Shown: positions 39,241-49,100 of the stretch, piece by piece
Layout of the letters: the number at the start of each line of letters is the position of its first letter
How positions within the stretch are numbered: the stretch's first letter is position 1
Assembly: GCA_964406515.1 (NCBI GenBank)
Contig: CAYORV010000001.1
Location: 33,956-97,955, forward strand
Direction of reading: 5' to 3'
DNA: 64,000 nt
From: Candidatus Woesearchaeota archaeon
Lineage (GTDB): Archaea > Nanobdellota > Nanobdellia > Pacearchaeales > GW2011-AR1
Notes under the pieces: generated by a model
Told to the model about the DNA's origin: nothing
The model's database searches: none
What the model saw: the letters and a program-made list of their open reading frames with translations, nothing else
Program-made: the position numbers and the translations under genes

Positions 39241-40102
39241 AATTGAGAAAACACAAGAGAGTATTCCTCTTATTAGAAAGAATATTGAAAATACAAAGAT
39301 TGTGTATTGTTTTGGATTAAGTGCAGCAGATCCTGAAAATCTTGATAGACTAAGAGAAAGTAAAAAATATTTAGAACATGTTCTTAATCCTATGATTGAG
39401 AAAGGAGAGGTTGGAGATGGCGTTAAAAGTAAATGGGATGATAGAAAGTTTAGGTTTCATTCAGCTAATTTAAAAGATAGCAAATTAGAATTAAATTTAG
39501 GGATAACACATTATCAAGAATGTGCTAATTGTAGATGTTGGGATGAAGAAAAAAGAATTAAAATGATTAAAGAGGGTGAAAAGATATTTAGTGACCCCAA
39601 CGCATTTTTTACAAGAGGATGTGGGATAGGAGTCACACCTATAACCTCTGAAGGTTCTATTTTTGTAGGAAAAAGACAAACTGAAGATAGTTCATATTCT
39701 GGAGAATTGGGTGCGATTAATGGATGGGTTGATTATGTGGAAAGAGTAGATGAGATTGATTTTACATTAGATGTTTTAAGAGAGATGAAAGAAGAATATG
39801 GTATACTTGAAAAAGATATTGATAAATTAATTTTTTCAGCAATAATCTCTCCACCTTCAAGGGCCGACACTGATTTTAGTTATCTTGCTTTATTGAGAAT
39901 TAATGATGAAAAATTCTTAGAAAGATTTCAAACAAGGCAAGATAGAGAACATGGTGAACTTGTTCAAATAGCAAATTATAGTGACATGCAAATATTATTA
40001 CAAACAGGAAGGTTGCCTAAAATTGAAGAAAAATTTAATCTTCTTTATTGCTTAAGAGCTTCTTTAGAACAAATAAAACCTAATGAAATGGTTCTAAATT
40101 AG
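39224..40102 (+). CDS. Nudix-fold protein (divergent)
   Basis: VGKR...G...REMKEEYGI partial Nudix box. Confidence 0.55.
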   Translation: MKKDFEIEKTQESIPLIRKNIENTKIVYCFGLSAADPENLDRLRESKKYLEHVLNPMIEKGEVGDGVKSKWDDRKFRFHSANLKDSKLELNLGITHYQECANCRCWDEEKRIKMIKEGEKIFSDPNAFFTRGCGIGVTPITSEGSIFVGKRQTEDSSYSGELGAINGWVDYVERVDEIDFTLDVLREMKEEYGILEKDIDKLIFSAIISPPSRADTDFSYLALLRINDEKFLERFQTRQDREHGELVQIANYSDMQILLQTGRLPKIEEKFNLLYCLRASLEQIKPNEMVLN

Positions 40103-40155
40103 AATATATTCCCTACCTTCTAAAAACTTATAAAACAATTCTCTTTATTCTCCAA

Positions 40156-41301
40156 ATGGTAAAAGAAAAGGACTTATACAAAATACGAGCGGAAATTTCT
40201 CCTGGTTTTAATTACTATTTTGATAAGTTTACTTCTCTTTTTGTAAAAAGTAAGACACATCCAATAAAGAATCCTAAAAAGATTTTGTTTATACGAAATG
40301 ATCATATCGGAGACATGGTTTATTCTACTCAAATTTTTAGAGAAATTAAGAAAATTTTTCCAAATACTAAAATTAGTGTTTTAGCTACAAGGAGCAATAG
40401 AGAAATAATAGAAAAAGATCCTTATGTTGATGAAATTTTGGAGATAGATCTTTTTTGGAGAAGAGGATTAAGGGGGTTTTTAGATTATTTTAAGATACTT
40501 AAAAAAATAAAAAAAGAGAAATTCGACGTAGGTGTTGATCTTAGAAGAAGTAAATTGAATATTATTTTTTTCTTATGGATTCCTAAGATTAAAGCACGAG
40601 CAAGTTTCTATAATTTAAATGGTGGAAAAGCATTTTTGACCCATCCTATTTTGTATGACAAAAAAGCGAATTATGCTCAAGAAAATATTAGATTAATCAA
40701 CAAAGTTTTTGGATTAGATATTAAAAATTATTTGCCGCATGTTATAGCTGATAAAGAAGATGAAAAAGAAGTGGAAAAGTTATTAAAGAAAAATGATTTG
40801 AAAAAATATGTTGTTTTTGCTCCAGGAGCAACTGCAAATTCTAAAAGATGGCCTGAAGAAAAATTCAAAGAGTTAATTGAACGATTTCATGATAAATATC
40901 CCAATCATAAGATTATCTTATCTGGAGCAGGAAGTGACACAAATCTGATAAGGAGATTAGGTGATGATAGAGATTTTTGTGTTCCACTTATTAATTTTAA
41001 TTTAAGATTGATGTCAGTTATTTTCAAAAAGGCAGGAGCTGTTGTTGCTAATGACGGATGCGCAACAGATATATGCTGGGTTGCGGGAGGAAATTTGGTT
41101 GCACTTGTTGGACCAGTCGATTTGGAACTTTGCAAACCTTTAAAGAAAAGTAAAATAATTCATCACAAGGTAGATTGTTATCCTTGTTTTTGGGCAAGAG
41201 AATGTGAAAAGCCTAAAAAAGAATGGTGTATGAATTTAATCACTACTGACGAAGTTATAAAAGCTATTCATGAATTTATGGGAGAAAATAAATTATCTTA
41301 G
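40156..41301 (+). CDS. Glycosyltransferase family 9 (heptosyltransferase-like)
   Basis: RNDHIGD; APGA...KRWP; ANDG; CYPC...C...CM tail. Confidence 0.85.
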   Translation: MVKEKDLYKIRAEISPGFNYYFDKFTSLFVKSKTHPIKNPKKILFIRNDHIGDMVYSTQIFREIKKIFPNTKISVLATRSNREIIEKDPYVDEILEIDLFWRRGLRGFLDYFKILKKIKKEKFDVGVDLRRSKLNIIFFLWIPKIKARASFYNLNGGKAFLTHPILYDKKANYAQENIRLINKVFGLDIKNYLPHVIADKEDEKEVEKLLKKNDLKKYVVFAPGATANSKRWPEEKFKELIERFHDKYPNHKIILSGAGSDTNLIRRLGDDRDFCVPLINFNLRLMSVIFKKAGAVVANDGCATDICWVAGGNLVALVGPVDLELCKPLKKSKIIHHKVDCYPCFWARECEKPKKEWCMNLITTDEVIKAIHEFMGENKLS

Positions 41302-42159
41302 ACATAACACATTTTTTGCGAAGGGGTTTAAATTAATTATTTCTTTTCCTTCCATTAATATTAAATCTTTTTTGTCTTCGTCAAGATAATAAAAATTAAA
41401 ATTAAGTTTCTTTAAAAGTTTCAGATATTTTTCTTGCCCAAATTTAGAACGTTCAAGTCCTCCAGGAAATAATTCAGTAATTAGTTTAATCTTAGGGTTC
41501 TCTTTTAGTAAATTTTCTCCCCCCATAACAACATAGGGTTCAGCACCTTCTACATCCATCTTAATGAAATTTATTTTCTTATCCAAATTCTTAAAATAAT
41601 CATCTAAACTTATGGCTTCAACTTCAACAGAAGAATGAAAAGATTTGGATTCGAATAAACTACTTGATGCGGAATGTATATTATCTGAATGTAACTTCTT
41701 TTTTTCAAATTTATCTGAAACTGCTTTTTGTTCAAGAATAACATTCTGGTATTTATTTATTTCAACATTTTTCTTCAATAAAGAAAAATTGCTTGGGTCT
41801 GGTTCAAAAGCATAAACTTTACCCTCGTCCCCAACTAACTTTGCAAGAAGCAGAGTATAAAAACCAATATTAGCGCCCAGATCAATAACAATATCTCCTT
41901 TTTTAACAAGGCTTTTTATTGTTTCTGCTTCTAATTCCTCTCTTTCCCAATTAGTATGAACACTTAAATGTAATGCATCATATTTATCTAAGAATAATTT
42001 ATGCCCTTCGGAAGTAATAATAAATTCTGGTTTTAATTTCTTGCGGATATTATCATTTAACTTCATAATCTTTTTTGATTTAGTTAAGAAAGTATTGTTA
42101 AACATATTTACTAATTTTTTATAACTTTTTGCTAATAATTCTTTAGTTTTGATACCCAT
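41293..42159 (-). CDS. FkbM family methyltransferase
   Basis: DLGANIG; AFEP; KMDVEGAE. Confidence 0.9.
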   Translation of the reverse strand: MGIKTKELLAKSYKKLVNMFNNTFLTKSKKIMKLNDNIRKKLKPEFIITSEGHKLFLDKYDALHLSVHTNWEREELEAETIKSLVKKGDIVIDLGANIGFYTLLLAKLVGDEGKVYAFEPDPSNFSLLKKNVEINKYQNVILEQKAVSDKFEKKKLHSDNIHSASSSLFESKSFHSSVEVEAISLDDYFKNLDKKINFIKMDVEGAEPYVVMGGENLLKENPKIKLITELFPGGLERSKFGQEKYLKLLKKLNFNFYYLDEDKKDLILMEGKEIINLNPFAKNVLCLR

Positions 42160-42263
42160 TATATTATTTAATTAATGTCCCTTATAAATTTTTATATAAA
42201 ACATAATAAAAAATTAATAAATGCTAATGAATTTATGAGTAAAAAATAGTAATATATATTTTC

Positions 42264-42281
42264 CCTCAATAATCTTTAAAA
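42264..42281 (+). promoter_or_regulatory. Extended TATA promoter motif
   Basis: CCTCAATAATCTTTAAAA, 22 nt before the gmd ATG. Confidence 0.65.
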
Positions 42282-42303
42282 GACATCATCTTCTTTTGCA
42301 TTA

Positions 42304-43377
42304 ATGAAAAGAGCGTTAATAACTGGAATTACAGGACAGGATGGAAGTTATCTTGCTGAATTTTTAATCAATTTAGGTTATGAGGTTCATGGAATTGTTA
42401 GAAGAAGCAGTTCACATAATCGTGGGAGGATAGATCATCTCACAAGTGCAGACAAACACACTTCTATAGCGCAAGAAAATCCAATTTTGCATCACGGAGA
42501 TTTGACGGATTCTTCTTCTGTTGAAAATATTATAAGAGAAGTTAAACCTGACGAAGTTTATAATCTCGGTGCGCAAAGCCATGTTCGGATTAGTTTTGAT
42601 ATCCCCGAAAACACTGCGAATATTGTGGCTTTAGGAACACAGAGAGTTCTAGAAGCTATTAGAAAATTCTGCCCTGATGCAAAATTTTACCAAGCTAGCT
42701 CTTCTGAAATGTTCGGAAAAGTCACAGAAACTCCCCAAACAGAAGAAACTCCCTTTCATCCTAGGAGCCCTTATGGATGCGCCAAAGTCCATGCCCATTA
42801 TATTACTATAAACTACAGGGAAGCTTATGGAATTCACGCATCAAATGGAATTTTATTTAATCATGAAAGTGAAAGACGAGGAGAAAATTTTGTTACAAGA
42901 AAAATTACAAGAAATCTTTCCAGAATTAAAGTAGGAATCCAAAAAAATTTCTCTCTTGGAAATCTTAATGCTGAGAGAGATTGGGGACATGCTCAAGATT
43001 ATGTAAGAGCCATGTGGATGATGCTCCAACAAGAAAATCCAGATGATTATGTTATTGGTACAGGAGAAAAACATTCTGTGAGGGAATTTATTAAAGAAAC
43101 AGCGAAATGTCTTGGAATGGACCTCAAATCAAATGGAGAGGAAGGAGTAAATGAAAAATATATCGATGAGAAAGGAAATGTTGTCATAGAAATTAACCCA
43201 TTATATTTTAGACCGTCAGAAGTAGATTTACTTTTTTCTAATCCTTCTAAAGCAAAAAATGTGTTAGGCTGGGAACCCAAAATTAGATTTAAGGAACTTG
43301 TTAAAAAGATGGTGGATGCTGATTTGACTCTTGCTGAAAAAGAAGCGCAAATAAATCAAAGAATTAAAACATTTTAA
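42304..43377 (+). CDS. gmd: GDP-mannose 4,6-dehydratase
   Basis: [49 protein letters not shown]. Confidence 0.95.
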   Translation: MKRALITGITGQDGSYLAEFLINLGYEVHGIVRRSSSHNRGRIDHLTSADKHTSIAQENPILHHGDLTDSSSVENIIREVKPDEVYNLGAQSHVRISFDIPENTANIVALGTQRVLEAIRKFCPDAKFYQASSSEMFGKVTETPQTEETPFHPRSPYGCAKVHAHYITINYREAYGIHASNGILFNHESERRGENFVTRKITRNLSRIKVGIQKNFSLGNLNAERDWGHAQDYVRAMWMMLQQENPDDYVIGTGEKHSVREFIKETAKCLGMDLKSNGEEGVNEKYIDEKGNVVIEINPLYFRPSEVDLLFSNPSKAKNVLGWEPKIRFKELVKKMVDADLTLAEKEAQINQRIKTF

Positions 43378-44448
43378 ATGGAATATAAATATCCTATAGC
43401 AAAACCCTGCTTAAAGGGAAACGAATTGGAATATGTCACAAATGCCGTTAAAACCGGATGGATTTCTTCTCAAGGAGATTATGTGAAAAGATTTGAAGAA
43501 AAATTTGCTGAATGGAACAGCACTAAATATGGGGTTTCATGTTCTTCAGGAACAGCAGCACTTCTCATAGCATTAAGGGCATTAGGGATCAAACAAGGAG
43601 ATGAGGTTATTGTTCCAGAATTTACAATGATTGCTTCTGCTTGGGCGGTTAGTTATACTGGAGCAACTCCTGTTTTTGTGGATTGTAAGGATGACTTGAA
43701 CATCAATGAAAAACTTATAGAAGAAAAGATAACTGAAAAAACAAAAGCTATAATGCCTGTTCATATTTATGGGAGAAGGTGCAACATGGAAAAGATTATG
43801 GATCTTGCTTATAACTACAATTTGTTTGTTGTTGAAGATTCTGCAGAAGGCCATGGAATAAAACCTGTTGGAGATATTGCTTGCTTTTCTCTTTTTGCTA
43901 ATAAAATCATAACTTCGGGAGAAGGGGGAATTTGCGTAACAAATAACAAACGATTAGCAGAACAAATGGTTCATTTGAGAGGTATGGCTTTTACTCCAGA
44001 ACATGATTTTATACATAAAAAACTTGCTTATAATTTTAGGATAACTAATTTACAAGCAGCGGTTGCACTTGCTCAGACAGAAAAGATAAATGAATTTCTG
44101 CAAAAGAGAAAACAAATAGAATTTTGGTATGATGAAAATTTAAGGAATATCCCTCAAATTCAATTAATGCCCAATCGCGAGGTCTTATGGATGTATGATG
44201 TTTTAGTTAAAGATAGAGATAAATTAATGGAATATTTAAAGGAAAATGGAATTGAAACAAGGAAATTTTTTAGACCAATGAGTCAACAACCAATGTATTT
44301 TGATGAAAATTGGAAGAACCTCAATGCTGTTAAATTTAGTGATAGTGGAATTTATCTTCCAACTTATTTTGAACTAAAAGAGGAGGATATAAGATTTATT
44401 GCTAATAAAATAAGGGAATTTTATTCTGGAGTAGAAAATGTCCAATAA
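43378..44448 (+). CDS. DegT/DnrJ family sugar aminotransferase (perosamine-synthase-like)
   Basis: GWISSQG; SGTAAL; EDSAE; FANKIITSGEGG; directly after gmd. Confidence 0.85.
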   Translation: MEYKYPIAKPCLKGNELEYVTNAVKTGWISSQGDYVKRFEEKFAEWNSTKYGVSCSSGTAALLIALRALGIKQGDEVIVPEFTMIASAWAVSYTGATPVFVDCKDDLNINEKLIEEKITEKTKAIMPVHIYGRRCNMEKIMDLAYNYNLFVVEDSAEGHGIKPVGDIACFSLFANKIITSGEGGICVTNNKRLAEQMVHLRGMAFTPEHDFIHKKLAYNFRITNLQAAVALAQTEKINEFLQKRKQIEFWYDENLRNIPQIQLMPNREVLWMYDVLVKDRDKLMEYLKENGIETRKFFRPMSQQPMYFDENWKNLNAVKFSDSGIYLPTYFELKEEDIRFIANKIREFYSGVENVQ

Positions 44449-44893
44449 GATATCTAATGAATTGTACGATCAGATTTTAGAGAACATTCCTATTTGTTGT
44501 GTTGATATTATAGTATCTCATAATGGCAAAGTTTTACTAATACATCGTAAAGAAGAACCTGCTAAGGATAAATGGTGGGTTGTTGGAGGAAGAATTTTGA
44601 AAGGAGAAAAATTTATAGAGGCGGTCAAACGAAAAGTAAAAGAAGAGGTTGGATTAGAAATTGAGGTCGAAAAAAGGGTTGGTGTTTACGAACTTATTTT
44701 TGAACAGGGGGATTCTTTAGAGGTAAGAGATGGCACTCATGCTGTAACAATTGTGTATTTGGTTAAACCTTCTAAAGAACAAGATATAAAAATTGATGCA
44801 ACAAGTTCAGACCATAAATGGATTAATGGTATTGAAGAAGACTTAGATCCTTATATTAAACAAATTTTAAAAGATTCAGAGGTTTTTGATTAA
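44438..44893 (+). CDS. Nudix hydrolase (GDP-mannose mannosyl hydrolase-like)
   Basis: PICCVD; EPAK; GGRILKGE...KEEVG; TH. Confidence 0.75.
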   Translation: MSNKISNELYDQILENIPICCVDIIVSHNGKVLLIHRKEEPAKDKWWVVGGRILKGEKFIEAVKRKVKEEVGLEIEVEKRVGVYELIFEQGDSLEVRDGTHAVTIVYLVKPSKEQDIKIDATSSDHKWINGIEEDLDPYIKQILKDSEVFD

Positions 44894-47083
44894 ATGGAAG
44901 TATCTCCTGCAGAAATAATCGATAGAATGAGCATTGTTCGATTAAAAATAGAACGAATAGGAAATCCTGAATTAAATTTAGAGATGACTGCGCTGAAACA
45001 AGCACTTGAAGAATTTAGAGAGGGAGAGATTCATATTGAAGATGGGTGGCTTGATGAACTTTATGATATAAATTCAAAAGAATGGGATTTATTAGATAAG
45101 ATGAATGAAGAGAAAAACAAAGGGAATTATGAGGAGGTTGGAAAATTATACTTGGAAACAGAGATGTTGAATAAAAAGAGAAGCAATGTTAAAAATAAAA
45201 TTGTCGAAAAAACAGAAAAGGGATTTAGGGAAATTAAAAAAGGTCATATTTCTGATATGGATAATAAGGAACTAGAAGAAGAAAATAAAAAAGTTCTTCA
45301 AGAAGAGTGTGTAAAAGTTTCTCTTGAAACAGCTAGGGGGGGAATTAAAGAATCCTGTGTGCTTCCAGAACATTTAAGTCAATATGAGGTGGATATTAGT
45401 CCGGAGACTAAAGCCGTGCTTATTACTCCAGACATGGGAAAAGTGAGTAATAAAGATGAAATCATAATTCCAAATCTTCATAATGGTCTCTTTCGGATTC
45501 ATGCATTTCTTCATGAAAAAAATATCTCCTCAGTTACATTGGATACTAGCCTTGATAATGTAAAAAGAGCGTGGGAGTTAATTGGTCGGCACAAGCCCCC
45601 TTTTATTGCATTTAGTCCTTATTATGATAGCATACGTAATGATTTAAACAACGTTGTAAAGGTTCTTGAACTTTCTCCCAATTCTATTATTGTAGCTGGA
45701 GGATTTGAAGCATCACTTAACCCTCAATGGGAAACTCTCGGGGGATTGATAGATATTCTTGTCAAAGGCGAAGGAGAATGGGCTTTAACAGAATTGATTC
45801 AAAGGCATCAAAAGTTTTTTCAGGATAATCCTTATGCAGACAAATTAAAATTTTTAGAGTATTTAAAAAAAGACTTTGAAATTCATCCAATTCCAGGAGT
45901 TTCTATTTTGAGTGCAGATGGCACAATACAAACATCTCCTGTAAAAAAGAGAATTGACCCTAATTTGTATCAGGAAATAAATCTCAATGCATTTCAAAAG
46001 TATCTATCTCTTTCACCAATCGAAAAATATTGGAAGATTAATCGGTGGTTATTTGGGGGTAAAAAGGATGCGTATTTTCGTTTTGTTTCTAGTGATCACT
46101 GCCCCTATAAGTGTGTTTTTTGCCAAAGTTCTGTTTATTATTCAAAAATTATGGGGAAAAAATTTTCTCCTGTTCGTTATATCAATCCTGAAAATATATT
46201 AAAAATAATCAAAGCTGTTTCAGACCAACTTCCATTTATTAATGGTATGTATATAGATGATGAGAATTTTATAATCAATCGTGAGCGTGCAATTGAAGCA
46301 TTAAATTTGATCATTGATGGACGGGAAACTGGAGAAATACGAAAGGACATAGTATTTCAGTGTAGAACAAGAACAGATAATATTGATTCGGAGATTTGCA
46401 GACTCTTGAAACAAGCAGGTTTTGAAACAGTATCTGTAGGATCCGAAAGTTATTCTTCTAAGGAATTGGAATATTTAAATAAAAATACTTCTCCCGAACA
46501 AAATTTGAAAGCAATTAAAATTATACTGGATAGTGGACTCAATGTAGCGGAGAATTATATTTTGTTTACTCCTGCCACAACTGCAGATACATTTTATGAT
46601 AATGCTTTGAGAATTTGTCAGAATATTGGGGAATTGGGTGTTGATGGAACTGCTACATTATTTTTAACTCCTCTTCCCGGGACTAAATTGTGGGGGGATG
46701 GAAATTATGAAATAGTGAGAGATTTTCCTTACAAACAAGAATTATTTAAAAATAAAGTGATGTTTTATAATCCAAAAACAGGATATGATTATATCGGAGA
46801 AGAAATTAAAGTTCCGGGAACAAATAGTATTCTTCCTCACCCTGAAATTATGTTGGTAAATAATCCTTTAATGCGTAAAGTTTCCTTGGAATTTCTCCAG
46901 CATCTCCCAAAAACTATTAATTATTTTAGAGAACTTGCAGGTGGAGAACATTCTCTTTCTAGAGAATTTATTACCTTGGCCAATCTCTCGGCAGCTTCAG
47001 AAATCTTATATGGATTAACAAAAGAACAACGTTGGAAGGATTTAAACAATAGAATTGAAGAGATTGTGAGAAAGAAATCCTAA
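44894..47083 (+). CDS. Cobalamin-binding radical SAM protein with an N-terminal helical DUF6165-like domain
   Basis: EIIDRMSI..LK...IN..EWD...N..R..VK N-terminus; AGG...GEGE; CPYKCVFC; DDENF; GSES; PLPGT. Confidence 0.75.
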   Translation: MEVSPAEIIDRMSIVRLKIERIGNPELNLEMTALKQALEEFREGEIHIEDGWLDELYDINSKEWDLLDKMNEEKNKGNYEEVGKLYLETEMLNKKRSNVKNKIVEKTEKGFREIKKGHISDMDNKELEEENKKVLQEECVKVSLETARGGIKESCVLPEHLSQYEVDISPETKAVLITPDMGKVSNKDEIIIPNLHNGLFRIHAFLHEKNISSVTLDTSLDNVKRAWELIGRHKPPFIAFSPYYDSIRNDLNNVVKVLELSPNSIIVAGGFEASLNPQWETLGGLIDILVKGEGEWALTELIQRHQKFFQDNPYADKLKFLEYLKKDFEIHPIPGVSILSADGTIQTSPVKKRIDPNLYQEINLNAFQKYLSLSPIEKYWKINRWLFGGKKDAYFRFVSSDHCPYKCVFCQSSVYYSKIMGKKFSPVRYINPENILKIIKAVSDQLPFINGMYIDDENFIINRERAIEALNLIIDGRETGEIRKDIVFQCRTRTDNIDSEICRLLKQAGFETVSVGSESYSSKELEYLNKNTSPEQNLKAIKIILDSGLNVAENYILFTPATTADTFYDNALRICQNIGELGVDGTATLFLTPLPGTKLWGDGNYEIVRDFPYKQELFKNKVMFYNPKTGYDYIGEEIKVPGTNSILPHPEIMLVNNPLMRKVSLEFLQHLPKTINYFRELAGGEHSLSREFITLANLSAASEILYGLTKEQRWKDLNNRIEEIVRKKS

Positions 47084-47382
47084 ATATACCCTCTATCTCC
47101 AAGATGTTTTTTTAACTTCGCCTCTTCCCGCTCAGTATACGGATCCACTTCTTCTTCCTCGGCGTCTATTTTTTGTATTTGATTTCCTATAGCAGTTGCA
47201 AATTCTGCCTCTTCATCTTTAGTATATATTTCCTTTCTTTCATCTTCTTCATTTTCAAAAACTACTTGTTCTAAAACAAAAGTGATATATTGTTGAATAG
47301 ATTCAAAACTTGTTTCTTTTGTTTTCTTTTCTAATTTTTGTTTTAATTCCTTAGAAATTGAAAGATTTATTTTATTTGCCAT
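47080..47382 (-). CDS. CopG/RHH-family protein with a duplicated acidic tail ending LGDRGYI
   Basis: INLSISKELKQKL...FESIQQYITFVLEQ; start placed at ATG 47382. Confidence 0.75.
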   Translation of the reverse strand: MANKINLSISKELKQKLEKKTKETSFESIQQYITFVLEQVVFENEEDERKEIYTKDEEAEFATAIGNQIQKIDAEEEEVDPYTEREEAKLKKHLGDRGYI

Positions 47383-47384
47383 CT

Positions 47385-48815
47385 TCACAATAATTTATTT
47401 TGCTTTATAAGAATTTGTATTCTTCTTTTTTCATTTAGTGTTTTCAGATCTCTTAAGGTTTTGTCTAATTTTGATTTCATTTCTCTTGTAATCTCTTTAT
47501 TTTTTTCAGCTAAATTTATATTTTCGTCCGGATCTTTTTCTAAATCATATAATGCGGTAATTGGTCCGTGCGTTGTATTACAGAGACAACACACAGAATT
47601 CTCTTTTTCAGGAGATTCCATATATTTATATTTTTTTGTTCTAATCGCTCTTCTTTTTATTCCTGCTGCATTTCCCTCTAAAATGATAGATTCTCTAATC
47701 TCTTCATCTTTTCCAAATAAGAGTGGAAATAAACTTTTACCATCAAATAATAAGGGGTCATATTTTATGCCGATTAAATCTAAAACTGTTGGAGCAAGAT
47801 CTTTTGATTGAATTAATGCTTCAACTTTTTTATTTTTTGGAATTTCTCCCCCAAAAATTATTAAGGGTATGCTAAAATTTGCATCGTATACTCCAGTATT
47901 ACTCAAACACAACACATGCTCACAAGGATCCATTCCATGATCTGCAAACAAGAAAACTATTGTGTCTTTTAGCAAGTTTTCATTTTTTAAGGTGTCAATT
48001 ATTTTTTCTATTAAAAAATCATCATAAAAAATGGCTGTATCATATTTTGCTATTAATCCTTCAAAAGTTTCATCAGACTTAAAACTATTCTTAGTCATCT
48101 CTATCGCTTTTTTATTATAACCTTCTGCAGAGTTTAATGCTTCAAATATCTTTTTACCTTCTTTAGTTGAAGTAAATTTATTATTCAACCAATGAGGAAA
48201 CATGTATGGGCCATGAGTCTCTTGATAATGTAAACAAAGAAAAAAATTATTTTCTTTATTTTGTTTTATTATCTCTATTGCATTGTTTGTGATTATTTCT
48301 CCATTATTATTGAATCGAATTTTGCTTTCCAATTTTTTTGGAACAATGTGGGTGTTGTGCAAAATAGATTTAAATAAATTGTACATCAATGGTTTTTTTT
48401 TGATAGATCTAATTAAACCCCATTTTTTTGATATGTCTAAATTATTTTGCTCAAAATAATAATCAAACCCCATTTTTTGCCAACCCCACAATTTTCTTGG
48501 AAAATGTGTTTTATAACCATTTTTTTGAAGTATTTCTGATAAGAAAACCCCTCCTGTCTCGAAAAAATAATCCATTTCCCTTTGTGTTGGATAATGCATA
48601 AAATCTTGTAATAAAAGATGTCTTCCACTGAGAATTGAGAAAAAAGATTTATGGGTGCCATTAGATACTGAGAAAAAATTTTTGAATAATACTCCTTGAC
48701 TTGCATAAGAATCTATATTTGGAGAAGTATTTCTTTCATATCCATAACAACCTAAGTTTTTTGGTCTTAAACCATCTATTGATAAAAAGATTATGTTTGG
48801 TTTTTTATTTTCCAT
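47385..48815 (-). CDS. Sulfatase-like alkaline phosphatase superfamily hydrolase/transferase
   Basis: PNIIFLSIDGLR; TSPNID; ADHG; LYDLEKDPDE; no CxPxR motif; start placed at MENKK. Confidence 0.85.
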   Translation of the reverse strand: MENKKPNIIFLSIDGLRPKNLGCYGYERNTSPNIDSYASQGVLFKNFFSVSNGTHKSFFSILSGRHLLLQDFMHYPTQREMDYFFETGGVFLSEILQKNGYKTHFPRKLWGWQKMGFDYYFEQNNLDISKKWGLIRSIKKKPLMYNLFKSILHNTHIVPKKLESKIRFNNNGEIITNNAIEIIKQNKENNFFLCLHYQETHGPYMFPHWLNNKFTSTKEGKKIFEALNSAEGYNKKAIEMTKNSFKSDETFEGLIAKYDTAIFYDDFLIEKIIDTLKNENLLKDTIVFLFADHGMDPCEHVLCLSNTGVYDANFSIPLIIFGGEIPKNKKVEALIQSKDLAPTVLDLIGIKYDPLLFDGKSLFPLLFGKDEEIRESIILEGNAAGIKRRAIRTKKYKYMESPEKENSVCCLCNTTHGPITALYDLEKDPDENINLAEKNKEITREMKSKLDKTLRDLKTLNEKRRIQILIKQNKLL

Positions 48816-48816
48816 T

Positions 48817-49098
48817 TCACATATATCCAAGATCTTCTAAACTTTCCTTCAAATCTGCTTCTTCCTCTCCGCTGTACCCCTTTCTCTTCTTATCTTCTTC
48901 ATCCCACCGAACATTTCCCTTAATGCCTGCTTCCTCTTCTTTTGTATATCCTTTTCTTTCTGTTTCCCTTCCAGAAAACATCTGTTCTAAAATAAAAAGC
49001 AAGTAATCTTGAATTGATTTAAAATTTGTTTGTTTTATCCTCTCGTCTAATTTTTGTTTTAATTCTTCGGGGATTGAAATAATTATTTCAGCTGTCAT
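48817..49098 (-). CDS. CopG/RHH-family protein with a duplicated acidic tail ending LEDLGYM
   Basis: IIISIPEELKQKL...FKSIQDYLLFILEQ; paralog of 47080..47382. Confidence 0.75.
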   Translation of the reverse strand: MTAEIIISIPEELKQKLDERIKQTNFKSIQDYLLFILEQMFSGRETERKGYTKEEEAGIKGNVRWDEEDKKRKGYSGEEEADLKESLEDLGYM

Positions 49099-49100
49099 CT

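Noticed and set aside
47080..49098. RHH small proteins as RiPP precursors or antitoxins
   Set aside because: No peptidase, RRE domain or adjacent toxin; the neighbours are AlkP-family enzymes
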